DNA from: a virus
Lineage: Duplodnaviria > Caudoviricetes
Virus record (IMG/VR): IMGVR_UViG_3300035126_000263
Coordinates: 1 to 54,876 of that record
DNA: 54,876 nt
Strand: one strand, 5' to 3'
The position numbers were made by a program, and so were the translations under genes. Under the pieces are notes generated by a model. The model had not been told where the DNA came from. It saw only the letters and a program-made list of their open reading frames with translations, and made no database searches. Below, piece after piece: positions 16,320 through 25,855 of this stretch (position 1 is its first letter; each line of letters opens with the position of its first letter).

Positions 16320-18005
16320 ATGCCAAACAACGACATCAACCGCACACGCTTCAGCAATCGTCACCGTCTTCTCGGTGATCCAGCAGGAGCAGGCGCACCA
16401 CAATCCGCTCTCACAGCAGAGTTGGCCCACAACGAAAACGACCAAATCCTCTACATCGGAACTGGCAATGACGGAGCAGGTAATGCTACCGCCATCATCC
16501 CAATCGCTGGTGAGGGTCACTTCTCAACTCGCGCTTATGCTGAGTCCCTGAGTGGTGGAGTTCAATCCGCACTCGACGCAGAAGTTACTGCACGTCAAAC
16601 TGCGGTGAGCGAGCTTTCGAGCCGAGTTGACGCTATTGTGTCCAACACGGATGCAGCGGCCCTTGACTCCCTCTCGGAAATCGTTACCGCTTTCCAAGGC
16701 GCGGATAGCGACCTCAATGGTGCTATCACCGCTCTCGGCACATCGGCCACATCGGCTATCGGTGCAGAGCAAGCCCGTGCTGAAGCCGCTGAAGCTGCCC
16801 TCGCTTCGGATATTTCCGACGAAGAAGCCGCTCGTATTGCAGCTGACAACATTTTGACTGGCGATGTCAGCAACCTCGTAAGCCGCGCCAACACCAACGA
16901 CACTCGTAGCACTGCTATTGAGACTGCCGCTGGTATTGTCGAAGGACGTGTTAGTGAAGCTGAGAGCGACATTATTGCGATTGAAAACGCTGCTACTGCC
17001 TTGACTGGCCGTGTTAGCGATCTTGAGAGCGATCTTGCCAGTGAAGTTAGCCGCGCTGAAGCTGCGGAGGCTGAACTTGAGAGCGACCTTGCTGCTGAAG
17101 TAACTGCTCGTATTGCTGCTGTTAGCGCAGAACAAACCCGCGCTGAAGCTGCCGAATCCGGTCTTGCTGACGACATCGCCAGCGAAGTGTCGGCTCGTGA
17201 AGCTGCTATTTCTGCGGAGCAAACTGCCCGCGCTGCTGCTATCTCTGCCGAAACGACTGCTCGCACCGCTGCTATCGCTGCTGAAACAACTGCACGTGAA
17301 TCCGCTATCTCGGCTGTTAATAGCCGTGTTGACAGCGTTCTCTCGAACATCGACCCTGCTGCCCTTGACAGCTTGACCGAAGTTGTTGCCGCCTTTCAAT
17401 CGGCTGATAGCTCCATCACGGACGCAATCACAAACCTGACTGCTGGTTCTGCTGCCGCTGTTGCTGCTGAAGAAACCCGCGCTCTTGCCGCTGAAGCTGC
17501 TCTGCAAACTGCTATCGACAATGAAGTTTCTGCTCGCCAAACTGCGATCAGCAACCTCGCCTCGGAGATTGCCAGTGATATTGCTGACGAAGTTTCCGCA
17601 CGTGAAGCTGCCGTAGCATCGCTCCAGACTGCGATTGATAACGAGGTTTCTGCTCGCACAAGCGACGTTCAGAGCGTCCGCGACGTTACTGACAACCATG
17701 AAACCCGTCTTTCGTCGGCTGAAGGCACGATTGCTGGTCTTGGCACAATGTCAACCCAGAACTCTAACAACGTAAACATCACTGGTGGTTCTATCAGCGG
17801 TGTTAACCTCCAAGCCTCCAGCATGGAGATCAGCGGTGCAGGTTCTACTGCACTCTACGTTGGTTCTACTGGTTCTGTTGGTATCGGAACTGAGACTCCT
17901 TCTACTGCGCTCGACGTTGTTGGATCGGTCACTGTTTCGCAAAACATCATCGGTTCTGGAACAAGCACACTTACTGGGTTCATCCTCGGTGGTGGCACGT
18001 TCTAA
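16320..18005 (+). CDS. Long coiled-coil fibre protein
   Basis: 11-residue repeats (AEVTARQTAVS, AEQTRAEAAES), duplicated AALDSL.E.V.AFQ.ADS node, C-terminal GSVGIGTETPSTALDVVG. Confidence 0.8.
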   Translation: MPNNDINRTRFSNRHRLLGDPAGAGAPQSALTAELAHNENDQILYIGTGNDGAGNATAIIPIAGEGHFSTRAYAESLSGGVQSALDAEVTARQTAVSELSSRVDAIVSNTDAAALDSLSEIVTAFQGADSDLNGAITALGTSATSAIGAEQARAEAAEAALASDISDEEAARIAADNILTGDVSNLVSRANTNDTRSTAIETAAGIVEGRVSEAESDIIAIENAATALTGRVSDLESDLASEVSRAEAAEAELESDLAAEVTARIAAVSAEQTRAEAAESGLADDIASEVSAREAAISAEQTARAAAISAETTARTAAIAAETTARESAISAVNSRVDSVLSNIDPAALDSLTEVVAAFQSADSSITDAITNLTAGSAAAVAAEETRALAAEAALQTAIDNEVSARQTAISNLASEIASDIADEVSAREAAVASLQTAIDNEVSARTSDVQSVRDVTDNHETRLSSAEGTIAGLGTMSTQNSNNVNITGGSISGVNLQASSMEISGAGSTALYVGSTGSVGIGTETPSTALDVVGSVTVSQNIIGSGTSTLTGFILGGGTF

Positions 18006-18025
18006 TCTGAACTAAACTAAAAAAC

Positions 18026-18062
18026 ACCCTGCCGTTACAATGCGTAGCGGCAGGGTTATTTT
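18026..18062 (+). terminator. Rho-independent terminator
   Basis: ACCCTGCCGTTAC...GTAGCGGCAGGGT-TATTTT. Confidence 0.7.
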
Positions 18063-18085
18063 GGCAATCTTTTTTAAAAAATATT

Positions 18086-18799
18086 ATGGCACTTACAGAC
18101 AACCTACTCGCTTTTTATAAACTCTCCGACCTCACCGACTCCTCCGGAAATAACCGCACCCTCACCAACAATGGCAACGTTTCTTTTGCTTCTGGTAAGA
18201 TTGGAAATGCTGCTGTGTTTGATGGTTCAAGCAATTACTTCTCTGTTGATAATTTTCCTGCATTTGGAACTGGCGATTTTACTGTGCAAGCATGGTATTA
18301 TACAGATTCAACAAATATGTATCCTGCTGCATTAGAATTTGGAAATCATCAAAATGCAGATTCAATTGGTTTTTTTCTCGCAAATTCTGGAGAATATCGT
18401 TTAAAGCCATTTATTTATAGTGCGGCGTTTTTTGATCCAACCACAACTCCTGATATTTCTATTGGACAATGGAATCATGTCGTTTGGAAAAGAACAAACT
18501 CAATGTTTAAAATTTTTGTTAATGGCGTTGCTTCTGAAGAAATTGAATTTTCTAATGAAATAGTAACACCATTTCAAACCAGCATTGGATATGCTAAAGG
18601 AGCAGATGGTGGAGGAGATTATTATGTGAACGGCTCCATTGACGCAGTTGGTATCTGGAACAGAGCACTCTCTGATGCAGAAGTCGCTGAACTCTACAAT
18701 AACGGAACGGGTCTTGAACTTGATGGTGTTGTTCAACCAACGCTTGTCAAAATGCAAGCTCCTGTTAAATTCTTCGGGAAAATTAAATTTGGAGTCTAA
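18086..18799 (+). CDS. LamG/concanavalin A-like lectin domain virion protein
   Basis: GKIGNAAVFDG, GDFTVQAW, QWNHVV, GSIDAVGIWNRALSDAEV motifs. Confidence 0.85.
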   Translation: MALTDNLLAFYKLSDLTDSSGNNRTLTNNGNVSFASGKIGNAAVFDGSSNYFSVDNFPAFGTGDFTVQAWYYTDSTNMYPAALEFGNHQNADSIGFFLANSGEYRLKPFIYSAAFFDPTTTPDISIGQWNHVVWKRTNSMFKIFVNGVASEEIEFSNEIVTPFQTSIGYAKGADGGGDYYVNGSIDAVGIWNRALSDAEVAELYNNGTGLELDGVVQPTLVKMQAPVKFFGKIKFGV

Positions 18800-18804
18800 A
18801 TCAA

Positions 18805-19050
18805 ATGCCGTCCGAAACCGAAATCCCATCACGCATCCTCCCATTGCAGAGTTTAATCCCCGGTGCTAAACCAAGCACTGCTCAATGGATCGAACGCGAA
18901 ATTGCGATCAACGTGACGGACGGCAAAATTTACATTAGGATAGACGAAGACCCAGTTCTCGTCGCCGAGCGTATGCCAACACCACCAAGCGACACAGGAA
19001 CATTTGCACTTAAAGTTGTGAATGGAGTTTATACTTGGGTTGAAGAATGA
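18805..19050 (+). CDS. Small virion protein with Mtd-N-like fibre anchor motif
   Basis: PGAKPS....EREIAINVTDGKIYI. Confidence 0.6.
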   Translation: MPSETEIPSRILPLQSLIPGAKPSTAQWIEREIAINVTDGKIYIRIDEDPVLVAERMPTPPSDTGTFALKVVNGVYTWVEE

Positions 19051-19415
19051 AATTTCTGATTTCCATATTTGTTATTTTACTGACAAGCTGCACATCTACT
19101 CCCCCAGTAGATCAACCGCAATTTGTCGGTAAATACAAAAATGCTTGTTTGCCAGAAGCAATTGCGATGACGCAAGCATTGAAACAAAGCGGGATTCAAT
19201 CAAAAGTTCTTATAGTAAATACTCCTAAGTTTAGCCATGCGTTGTCATGCTACCTTTATCCAACAAATCAAAATAAACTTTGGGTTTGGGATTCATACTG
19301 GAAAAGCATGAACCTTCGCGCATGGTGGAATGATTCTGATTCAGTTGCAAAAGAGTGGCTGAAATGGTGTAGTGCAGAAACCAAACTTACGAGTTCTTAC
19401 TTTATAGACAACTAA
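19047..19415 (+). CDS. Lipoprotein with transglutaminase/papain-like Cys-His-Asp pattern
   Basis: Signal peptide and lipobox LLTSC; NACLPEA...HALSCY...WVWDSY. Confidence 0.55.
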   Translation: MKFLISIFVILLTSCTSTPPVDQPQFVGKYKNACLPEAIAMTQALKQSGIQSKVLIVNTPKFSHALSCYLYPTNQNKLWVWDSYWKSMNLRAWWNDSDSVAKEWLKWCSAETKLTSSYFIDN

Positions 19416-19419
19416 TCTT

Positions 19420-19641
19420 ATGATGGAGCAAGATGACATTCAAAGAACACTTGGAATACTTTCTGGTAAACTTGATCTTGTGTTAGAAAATCAAAAAGAC
19501 TTTGGCAGTAAATTTGCTGATTTTGAAAAACGCTTGCGTTCGTTAGAATCTCATCGGGGCTACGCATTTGGAATCATTGCCGCAGCAGCATTTATCTGGA
19601 CAGTGTTTTTTGAATTTCTCAAAAACAAAATTGGAAATTGA
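19420..19641 (+). CDS. Coiled-coil plus C-terminal TM protein (XhlA-like lysis accessory)
   Basis: EKRLRSLE coiled coil then hydrophobic helix. Confidence 0.6.
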   Translation: MMEQDDIQRTLGILSGKLDLVLENQKDFGSKFADFEKRLRSLESHRGYAFGIIAAAAFIWTVFFEFLKNKIGN

Positions 19642-19643
19642 AA

Positions 19644-19802
19644 ATGAAACCTAACCAACTCGCGCTTGTGCTGATCTTGATCTCACTTGCATTTCTCGCA
19701 ATGGCATTTTTGAGTGGATGCACAACACTTGGAGTTTCATTAGAGACAGACTATGGGCGGTTGACATATGAACTGCCCGAACCAAAAGGAACAAAAAAAT
19801 GA
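19644..19802 (+). CDS. Small lipoprotein (spanin-like candidate), not in ORF track
   Basis: MKPNQLALVLILISLAFLAMAFLSGCTTLGV..., lipobox LSGC, 52 aa. Confidence 0.65.
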   Translation: MKPNQLALVLILISLAFLAMAFLSGCTTLGVSLETDYGRLTYELPEPKGTKK

Positions 19803-19972
19803 AAAAAACAATTAACGCATTGCTCGCAAAGTTGAGCGAAAATTCTACATGGCGTGGTATGATTTTGGTCGCTACGGCGGCTGGAGTTAAACTTGAACCA
19901 GAACTCCAAGAGGCTATTCTTGTCGCGGGACTCGGCCTTGTTGGGTTAATCAATATTATCCGTAAAGGCTAA
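19799..19972 (+). CDS. Holin, not in ORF track
   Basis: 57 aa, LSENSTWRGMILVATAAGVKLEPE pattern, two hydrophobic segments, coupled to endolysin start. Confidence 0.7.
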   Translation: MKKTINALLAKLSENSTWRGMILVATAAGVKLEPELQEAILVAGLGLVGLINIIRKG

Positions 19973-20511
19973 TGGTTCCTAACTCCAGACCGCAGCAAGC
20001 GAAAGAAAAAACTCTCGGCATGGTTATCCGTGCTGGTATTGAAGATCGCGTTGCTTTGGTAGGAATAAGAGGATACTACTCTGAAACATTCGCTCCATCT
20101 GGAAATAATCGGGGAATTTATGATGATGCGATTATTTTATTATCTCCTTCTGTTCATGCTACTTTTAACGCCAATACTGATCCATCGGTTTTTAAGAAAG
20201 GTATCGCGGTTCTTAAAACGGGTGTTCACAGGTATCGTAAAGGCAATCATGGTATCAGTAAACCCGGAGGTGGCTACCCAGCGTTGCGACCTGCTAACGC
20301 AAAAGAACAACTCCCTGTTACGCGAGATGGCGAAGGTGATTCGATGGGAGTAGCAATCAACATCCATAAGGGCAGTTACAAATCAACTTCCTCGGAAGGA
20401 TGCCAAACAATTTACCCGCCGCAATGGGATGGATTCATCAATTTAGTTTACTCAGAGATGAGTAGATATAACCAAAAGACAATTCCATATTTACTTGTGG
20501 AAAACGCTTGA
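19972..20511 (+). CDS. Putative endolysin (L,D-transpeptidase-like motif)
   Basis: INIHKG....SSEGCQTI His/Cys motif; follows the holin. Confidence 0.6.
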   Translation: MVPNSRPQQAKEKTLGMVIRAGIEDRVALVGIRGYYSETFAPSGNNRGIYDDAIILLSPSVHATFNANTDPSVFKKGIAVLKTGVHRYRKGNHGISKPGGGYPALRPANAKEQLPVTRDGEGDSMGVAINIHKGSYKSTSSEGCQTIYPPQWDGFINLVYSEMSRYNQKTIPYLLVENA

Positions 20512-20543
20512 CTAAAACTAAACTATCGTTAACGATAAAAACT

Positions 20544-21659
20544 ATGAGTTGCGGAAATTCCAGAAGTTCTAAATGCAATCCATGCGGCCCAAGTGAGGCG
20601 GCAATAAATGCGATTGCAGATAAAGCGGCATACTACGCTCGTATCGCAGTTGAAGCCGCTAACTCTGCTTGCTTCCAATTACAAGAAGATGGAAATCGGC
20701 GTTGGGCATATATTGGAGATGGCATTCAAACTATTTTTGATTTGCCGGGAGCGGGAACAACAATTTCAGCATCCTATATCGTAGGCATTGATGGTGTTCT
20801 TCAAGACCCAGATAACTATACAGTCCAGCAAATTCATCCATCAAATCCATACACTCTTACTATGTCAGTTCCTGTTCCTAATGGATCAGAAATTGTCATA
20901 GTATCAATTAAGGGGATTACCGGAGCTACTGGGCCACAAGGCCCGATTGGGCCAAGCGGAGGGCCAACAGGAGCCACTGGGCCAATTTCTCCTGCTGGGG
21001 GCATTCGCTGGGCTTATACAAGCGATGGATCAAATACATTATATGCTTTGCCCGGAGCATTTTCAACTTTAAACACAGCATACCTTGTAACATACAATGG
21101 CGTTACTCAAGACCCCAATAACTATACAATTGCTGCTGGTTCTCCATATTCTATTACACTAAGCACCGCTCCTGCTACTGGCGTTGGAATTGTTATTGTT
21201 TCTCTAAATGGTATTCAAGGTGCAACTGGGCCGCAAGGAACTCCGGGTGGAGCAACGGGTGCAACCGGGCCAGTTGGCCCTGCATTTCCAGCAGGAGGAT
21301 TGCGATGGGCTTATACTGGCAATGGATCGCAAACAGTTTTCAACATTGCTGGAGCATCTACAACATTAGGTACAGCATACTTGGTAACAATTGATGGCAT
21401 TACCCAAGATAGTGCAAATTACACAATTACTGCTGGAAGTCCATATACATTGACAATTTCAACTGTTCCTAATGGATCGGTTATTGTAATTACATCGTTG
21501 ACTGCTGGACTTGCAAATTGGATTACTGGATTTGGTTCTCCAAATGGAGTTATAACAGCACCAACTGGCAGTGTTTATACAAATTTGAATGGAGGATCGC
21601 TTTCTACATTGTATGTAAAAGAATCTGGTTCTGGAAATACTGGATGGATTGCAAAATAA
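20544..21659 (+). CDS. Tail fibre/adaptor with three repeated domains and collagen-like linkers
   Basis: Three RWAY.GDG..T.F.LPGA...V..DG..QDP.NYT domains separated by GATGPQGP; ATG 20544. Confidence 0.75.
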   Translation: MSCGNSRSSKCNPCGPSEAAINAIADKAAYYARIAVEAANSACFQLQEDGNRRWAYIGDGIQTIFDLPGAGTTISASYIVGIDGVLQDPDNYTVQQIHPSNPYTLTMSVPVPNGSEIVIVSIKGITGATGPQGPIGPSGGPTGATGPISPAGGIRWAYTSDGSNTLYALPGAFSTLNTAYLVTYNGVTQDPNNYTIAAGSPYSITLSTAPATGVGIVIVSLNGIQGATGPQGTPGGATGATGPVGPAFPAGGLRWAYTGNGSQTVFNIAGASTTLGTAYLVTIDGITQDSANYTITAGSPYTLTISTVPNGSVIVITSLTAGLANWITGFGSPNGVITAPTGSVYTNLNGGSLSTLYVKESGSGNTGWIAK

Positions 21660-21683
21660 TTTAACAACTAACAAAAAAAAATT

Positions 21684-22925
21684 ATGCCACTAACTAAAGC
21701 CACACAAAATGTAATTGCACCTAACATTTGTACAACGGATACAACGCAGACAATTACTGGAACTAAAACATTTACTGGAACCGTTACCAGTGATATAATT
21801 AATTCAAAATTAATTAAAGTAGAAAATAATAGTGGAGATGCCGCTATTACACTTGGTGGAAGTGCAAATGCTTATATTGATCTTAAAGTTCCAAGTTCAG
21901 ATGCTTTAGATTTGCGTATTGGAACAGGTGGAAATGGCGGTTATCTTTCTACAAGCGGAAATTCAAATATATTTCTTATACCCGGAGGAACTGGAGCTGT
22001 AGGAATAGGAACTGTTTCTCCAACACAAAAACTTGATGTAAATGGAAATATAAATTCAAGTGGATTTTTGACAACATCTGGAGCAAGGGCAACAATTGGA
22101 GTTACAGATGTTGGTCACAGAGGCTCTGGAACAAATTGTTTGCTTGGTTCATTTTCTCCACTTGGAAATATAACAACTGGAGGCGCAAATACAGCAATTG
22201 GAACAGCAACATTATTTTCAGTTACCAGTGGAAGTAATAATACAGCGGTTGGCGCAAACGCATTGTTTGCATCAAATGGAGTTCAAAATACTGCTTGCGG
22301 GGTAGAAGCATTATATGCAAATACAACAGGAAACCTTAACACTGCCGTTGGAGCATTGGCTGCAAATATACAAACCAATTTTGATAATAGTGGTGCTTTT
22401 GGATACAATGCACAACCAACTGGATCAAATACAATTCGCATCGGAAATGCCTCTGTAACAAGTGTAACTTGCCAAACTAATGCTTGGTCGGATGAGCGTG
22501 ATAAAACAGAAATTCGTGACACTGTTCTTGGGCTTGATTTTATCAAATCACTTCGACCAGTTGATTACAAATGGGATTTCCGTGAAGACTATCGTAAATT
22601 GCCTCCAGAATCTCCTTCTATTGATGCAACTGAAGATGAGATTGCGAAGTATAAACAAGACTTGGAAAAATGGAGAGAAGAATCGCAATTGAAAAATCTT
22701 GTGCGTGATGGTAGCAAAAAACGCACACGCTTTCATCATGGTCTTATTGCTCAAGAAGTAAAGGCTCTTATTGAATCTACTGGCGTTGATTTCGGTGGAT
22801 TCCAAGATAGCACAATCAAAGGTGGAGACGATGTAATGACAATTGGATACCAAGAACTGATTGCTCCTTTGATTAAAGCGGTTCAAGAGCTTTCAGCTAA
22901 AGTTGCAATGTTAGAATCTAAATAA
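21684..22925 (+). CDS. Tail fibre/spike with C-terminal intramolecular chaperone (peptidase S74-like)
   Basis: NTAVG..AL repeats; WSDERDKTEI...LRPVDYKW...HGLIAQEV...YQELIAPLIKAVQEL. Confidence 0.85.
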   Translation: MPLTKATQNVIAPNICTTDTTQTITGTKTFTGTVTSDIINSKLIKVENNSGDAAITLGGSANAYIDLKVPSSDALDLRIGTGGNGGYLSTSGNSNIFLIPGGTGAVGIGTVSPTQKLDVNGNINSSGFLTTSGARATIGVTDVGHRGSGTNCLLGSFSPLGNITTGGANTAIGTATLFSVTSGSNNTAVGANALFASNGVQNTACGVEALYANTTGNLNTAVGALAANIQTNFDNSGAFGYNAQPTGSNTIRIGNASVTSVTCQTNAWSDERDKTEIRDTVLGLDFIKSLRPVDYKWDFREDYRKLPPESPSIDATEDEIAKYKQDLEKWREESQLKNLVRDGSKKRTRFHHGLIAQEVKALIESTGVDFGGFQDSTIKGGDDVMTIGYQELIAPLIKAVQELSAKVAMLESK

Positions 22926-22927
22926 TT

Positions 22928-24880
22928 ATGCCTATCACAAAAGCAGATCAAAATGTATTTGAACCAGTATTAGCTACCGGCAGCACAACCTCGCGTTTAT
23001 TGCAAGATAGGTTTGCTGATGTAGTCAATGTGAAGGATTTTGGTGCAATTGGGAATTTTAACCCAACTACGCAATCTGGATCAGATGATACCGCTGCATT
23101 TAACGCCGCGATTGCTATAGCAAATGCAAGTGAAAATGGAAAAGCAATTTATATTCCTCAAGGAAATTATAAAATTACATCAGATTTAACAACAATAACA
23201 AAAACAACTTCATTTCTTGGCGAATCGTTACAGTCAACAAATTTATTCTTTAAGAACTGTAATGGTTTTTCATACAATTTAAGTCCATATACATATATAA
23301 AAGATAGAAGTTCATCAATACATAATCTTTCATTATATACAGACAAAAATACAAAAATAGCAATATCATATATTAATGATAAAAAACCTTGGCCCAATCC
23401 TTCCCATTTAGAAATTTTTAATGTTAATACATTGGGGGAGGATCAATATGATAGAACAGTTGTGCCATTTCCAAACAATCAATATTGGTTAAATGGAATT
23501 TATATGTATAAGGCTGAAGGTTGCATTATACAGAATTATTATTATTTTGGGTCTTGGCAGGGACATGGAACAACAAATGGTATTGGAATTGTAATAGATA
23601 CCTGCCTTGGAGTTCATATGCGTGCAGTAGCAATTTCTTCTTGTTATAAGGGAATAACTGTAACTGGACAAACTGAAGGAATTTTTATACATCAATCCGG
23701 ACTTGCGCAATTGGATGTAGGTATAGAATTTTTTGATCTTGTTAATCCAGCTAATAACCATGTTATTTCAGATAGCCATATAGCATCCTTTGACTGTGCA
23801 ATTGATATAGCAAGTGACCTTGTTTATGATCCAGTCGGTTGTTATATTTCTAATTGCTTTATATTGGAATTGGAGGGAGCCAGAACTTCATATACTCACA
23901 TAAAATTTAATTGTCATAGATCATCTATAACAAATACAACGCTTCAATCTAATGCAGGATTAACTGCAAGTGTCACAGGTATTCTTTTGTCAAATAGAAG
24001 CAATGTTGTATCGAATGTTGTATTTCGTAACACAACCAATGTAATTGAAATAATCCAAAAAAATATAATTGAATCGTGCTTAATATCAAATTGTCAAATT
24101 ACAAATAGAGTTGGAAGATCGTTTACACTATTATCAGGGCCAAGGACATTATCCAATGTAAGCAATATTGTTATAAGTGATGGAACTAATAGCACAAATC
24201 AATTAAAATCATATACTGGTAATTTTGAAATATACGATCAACAAGGAAGATTAAAATTAAAAACAACTACTGATCAGATTTTGTTTGGAGATAATGATTC
24301 TAATGTCAGATATATTGACATGAAATCTTCAATAGGCGCAACATCCGGTTTTGACTCAAGAATACTTTCGTCTGGAGGATCAAATACAGACGGAACGGCC
24401 AATTTAATTTTTCAAGCAGGAGAGCATGTATTTAATCAAATGATTAGGCCGCTTAATGATAATTTATATTCTTTAGGAGAAGGTTCTAAAAGATGGTCGG
24501 TTGTGTATGCTGCAACTGGAACAATCAATACATCAGATCAAAATGAAAAGCAACAAATTAGAAATATAAGTGATACAGAAAAATCAGTTGCAACTAAATT
24601 AAAATCATTGATCCGCGCATATAAGTGGAATGATGCTGTAGAGAAAAAAGGAGAAAACGCACGAATCCATTTTGGCGTAATTGCACAAGAAGTAAAAAAA
24701 GCATTTGAGTCAGAAGGATTGGATGCCAACAAATATGGAATCTTCTGTTACGATGAGTGGGATTCAAAAGAAGAAATAAAAGATGAAAACGGAGAAATGC
24801 TTGTTCCTGGAATTAATTCTGGTAGTAGATACGGAGTCCGTTACGACGAGCTTTTTGCATTTATCTTAGCAAATATATAA
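22928..24880 (+). CDS. Tailspike (beta-helix depolymerase-like) with C-terminal chaperone
   Basis: VNVKDFGAIG...DDTAAFNAAI...IYIPQGNYKI pectate-lyase-3-like start; TSDQNEKQQI...HFGVIAQEV...YGVRYDEL. Confidence 0.85.
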   Translation: MPITKADQNVFEPVLATGSTTSRLLQDRFADVVNVKDFGAIGNFNPTTQSGSDDTAAFNAAIAIANASENGKAIYIPQGNYKITSDLTTITKTTSFLGESLQSTNLFFKNCNGFSYNLSPYTYIKDRSSSIHNLSLYTDKNTKIAISYINDKKPWPNPSHLEIFNVNTLGEDQYDRTVVPFPNNQYWLNGIYMYKAEGCIIQNYYYFGSWQGHGTTNGIGIVIDTCLGVHMRAVAISSCYKGITVTGQTEGIFIHQSGLAQLDVGIEFFDLVNPANNHVISDSHIASFDCAIDIASDLVYDPVGCYISNCFILELEGARTSYTHIKFNCHRSSITNTTLQSNAGLTASVTGILLSNRSNVVSNVVFRNTTNVIEIIQKNIIESCLISNCQITNRVGRSFTLLSGPRTLSNVSNIVISDGTNSTNQLKSYTGNFEIYDQQGRLKLKTTTDQILFGDNDSNVRYIDMKSSIGATSGFDSRILSSGGSNTDGTANLIFQAGEHVFNQMIRPLNDNLYSLGEGSKRWSVVYAATGTINTSDQNEKQQIRNISDTEKSVATKLKSLIRAYKWNDAVEKKGENARIHFGVIAQEVKKAFESEGLDANKYGIFCYDEWDSKEEIKDENGEMLVPGINSGSRYGVRYDELFAFILANI

Positions 24881-24883
24881 AAC

Positions 24884-25045
24884 ATGAAAATTGAATTTAA
24901 CGAACAACAACTACAAGTATTGAGTGCAGCATTGGTGGAGTTGCCATATCGTATGTCTGCACCATTGATACAGCATATCAACCAACAAATTAAAGAACAG
25001 CAGGCGTTGGAATTTGACGAGCGTAGAGAAAAAACGGAAATTTAA
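24884..25045 (+). CDS. Small hypothetical protein, not in ORF track
   Basis: MKIEFNEQQLQVLSAALVELPYRMSAPLIQHINQQIK..., 53 aa filling the gap. Confidence 0.7.
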   Translation: MKIEFNEQQLQVLSAALVELPYRMSAPLIQHINQQIKEQQALEFDERREKTEI

Positions 25046-25048
25046 TAT

Positions 25049-25855
25049 ATGAGCTACTGCACACCATGCCCACCTTGCGATACTGAATATCCGTTGTTGT
25101 GTGAACCACTTGAGACAACTGCCAATGGAAAACGATTGGTAGTAGAAGACTCTGCTGCTTGCCAAAAGACAATTCAGAGTCCAGTTGCCCAGCAAGTCTT
25201 GAAGACTGATGGTGCTGGTAATTTGACTTGGACAAACGGAGCGAGCGGAACTGTATTGAGAAAAGATTCAACGGGTCTTGTAGAGTTTGCTACGCTTAAT
25301 AGCGTTCTTCAATCCAGTCCAGTTGATCTTGGTAGCCAGCCATTGACTACTACTGGAGCATTGACTGTAGGTTCACTTTCTCCAACGCTTGCTATTACAG
25401 CATCGTCGCTGACTGTTTCTGGTGCAACATCAACTGGATCATTGAGCGTGAGCGGGGCGACATCAACTGCCGCGATTACTTCAAGCAGCACGATTCTCGC
25501 TAATGGTAACGCATCCAAGATTGGATACAATACTGGTGCTGGCGGGTCTATCACGCAAGGCGCAGGAGCAAAGACAAACTCTGTTACGCTGAATCGTCCT
25601 ACTGGAATTATCGTAACCGATAACGCGGCCCTCGCATCCGCTACTGCCGTTACCTTTAACTTGAGCAACTCGGTGATCGAGGCTACGGACATCGTTGTGG
25701 TAAGTCACATCTCTGGAGGAACGCTTGGTGCATACAACTTTGCAGTAGCTCCAGCGGCAGGCAATGCTAACATCGTGATCCGCAATATTACGGGAGGAAG
25801 TTTGTCTGAAGCACTGACATTGCGCTTTATCGTAATCAAGAGTGTCAACGCATAA
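25049..25855 (+). CDS. Virion structural protein (Cys-rich N-terminus)
   Basis: MSYCTPCPPCD start; Thr/Ser/Gly-rich beta C-terminus. Confidence 0.7.
   Translation: MSYCTPCPPCDTEYPLLCEPLETTANGKRLVVEDSAACQKTIQSPVAQQVLKTDGAGNLTWTNGASGTVLRKDSTGLVEFATLNSVLQSSPVDLGSQPLTTTGALTVGSLSPTLAITASSLTVSGATSTGSLSVSGATSTAAITSSSTILANGNASKIGYNTGAGGSITQGAGAKTNSVTLNRPTGIIVTDNAALASATAVTFNLSNSVIEATDIVVVSHISGGTLGAYNFAVAPAAGNANIVIRNITGGSLSEALTLRFIVIKSVNA

Noticed and set aside
11510-17699. Long antisense ORFs (11510-12784, 16524-17699, 16595-17350)
   Set aside because: Shadows of strongly codon-biased sense genes
13957-24880. Diversity-generating retroelement
   Set aside because: No reverse transcriptase and no adenine-variant TR/VR pair seen despite Mtd-N-like motifs
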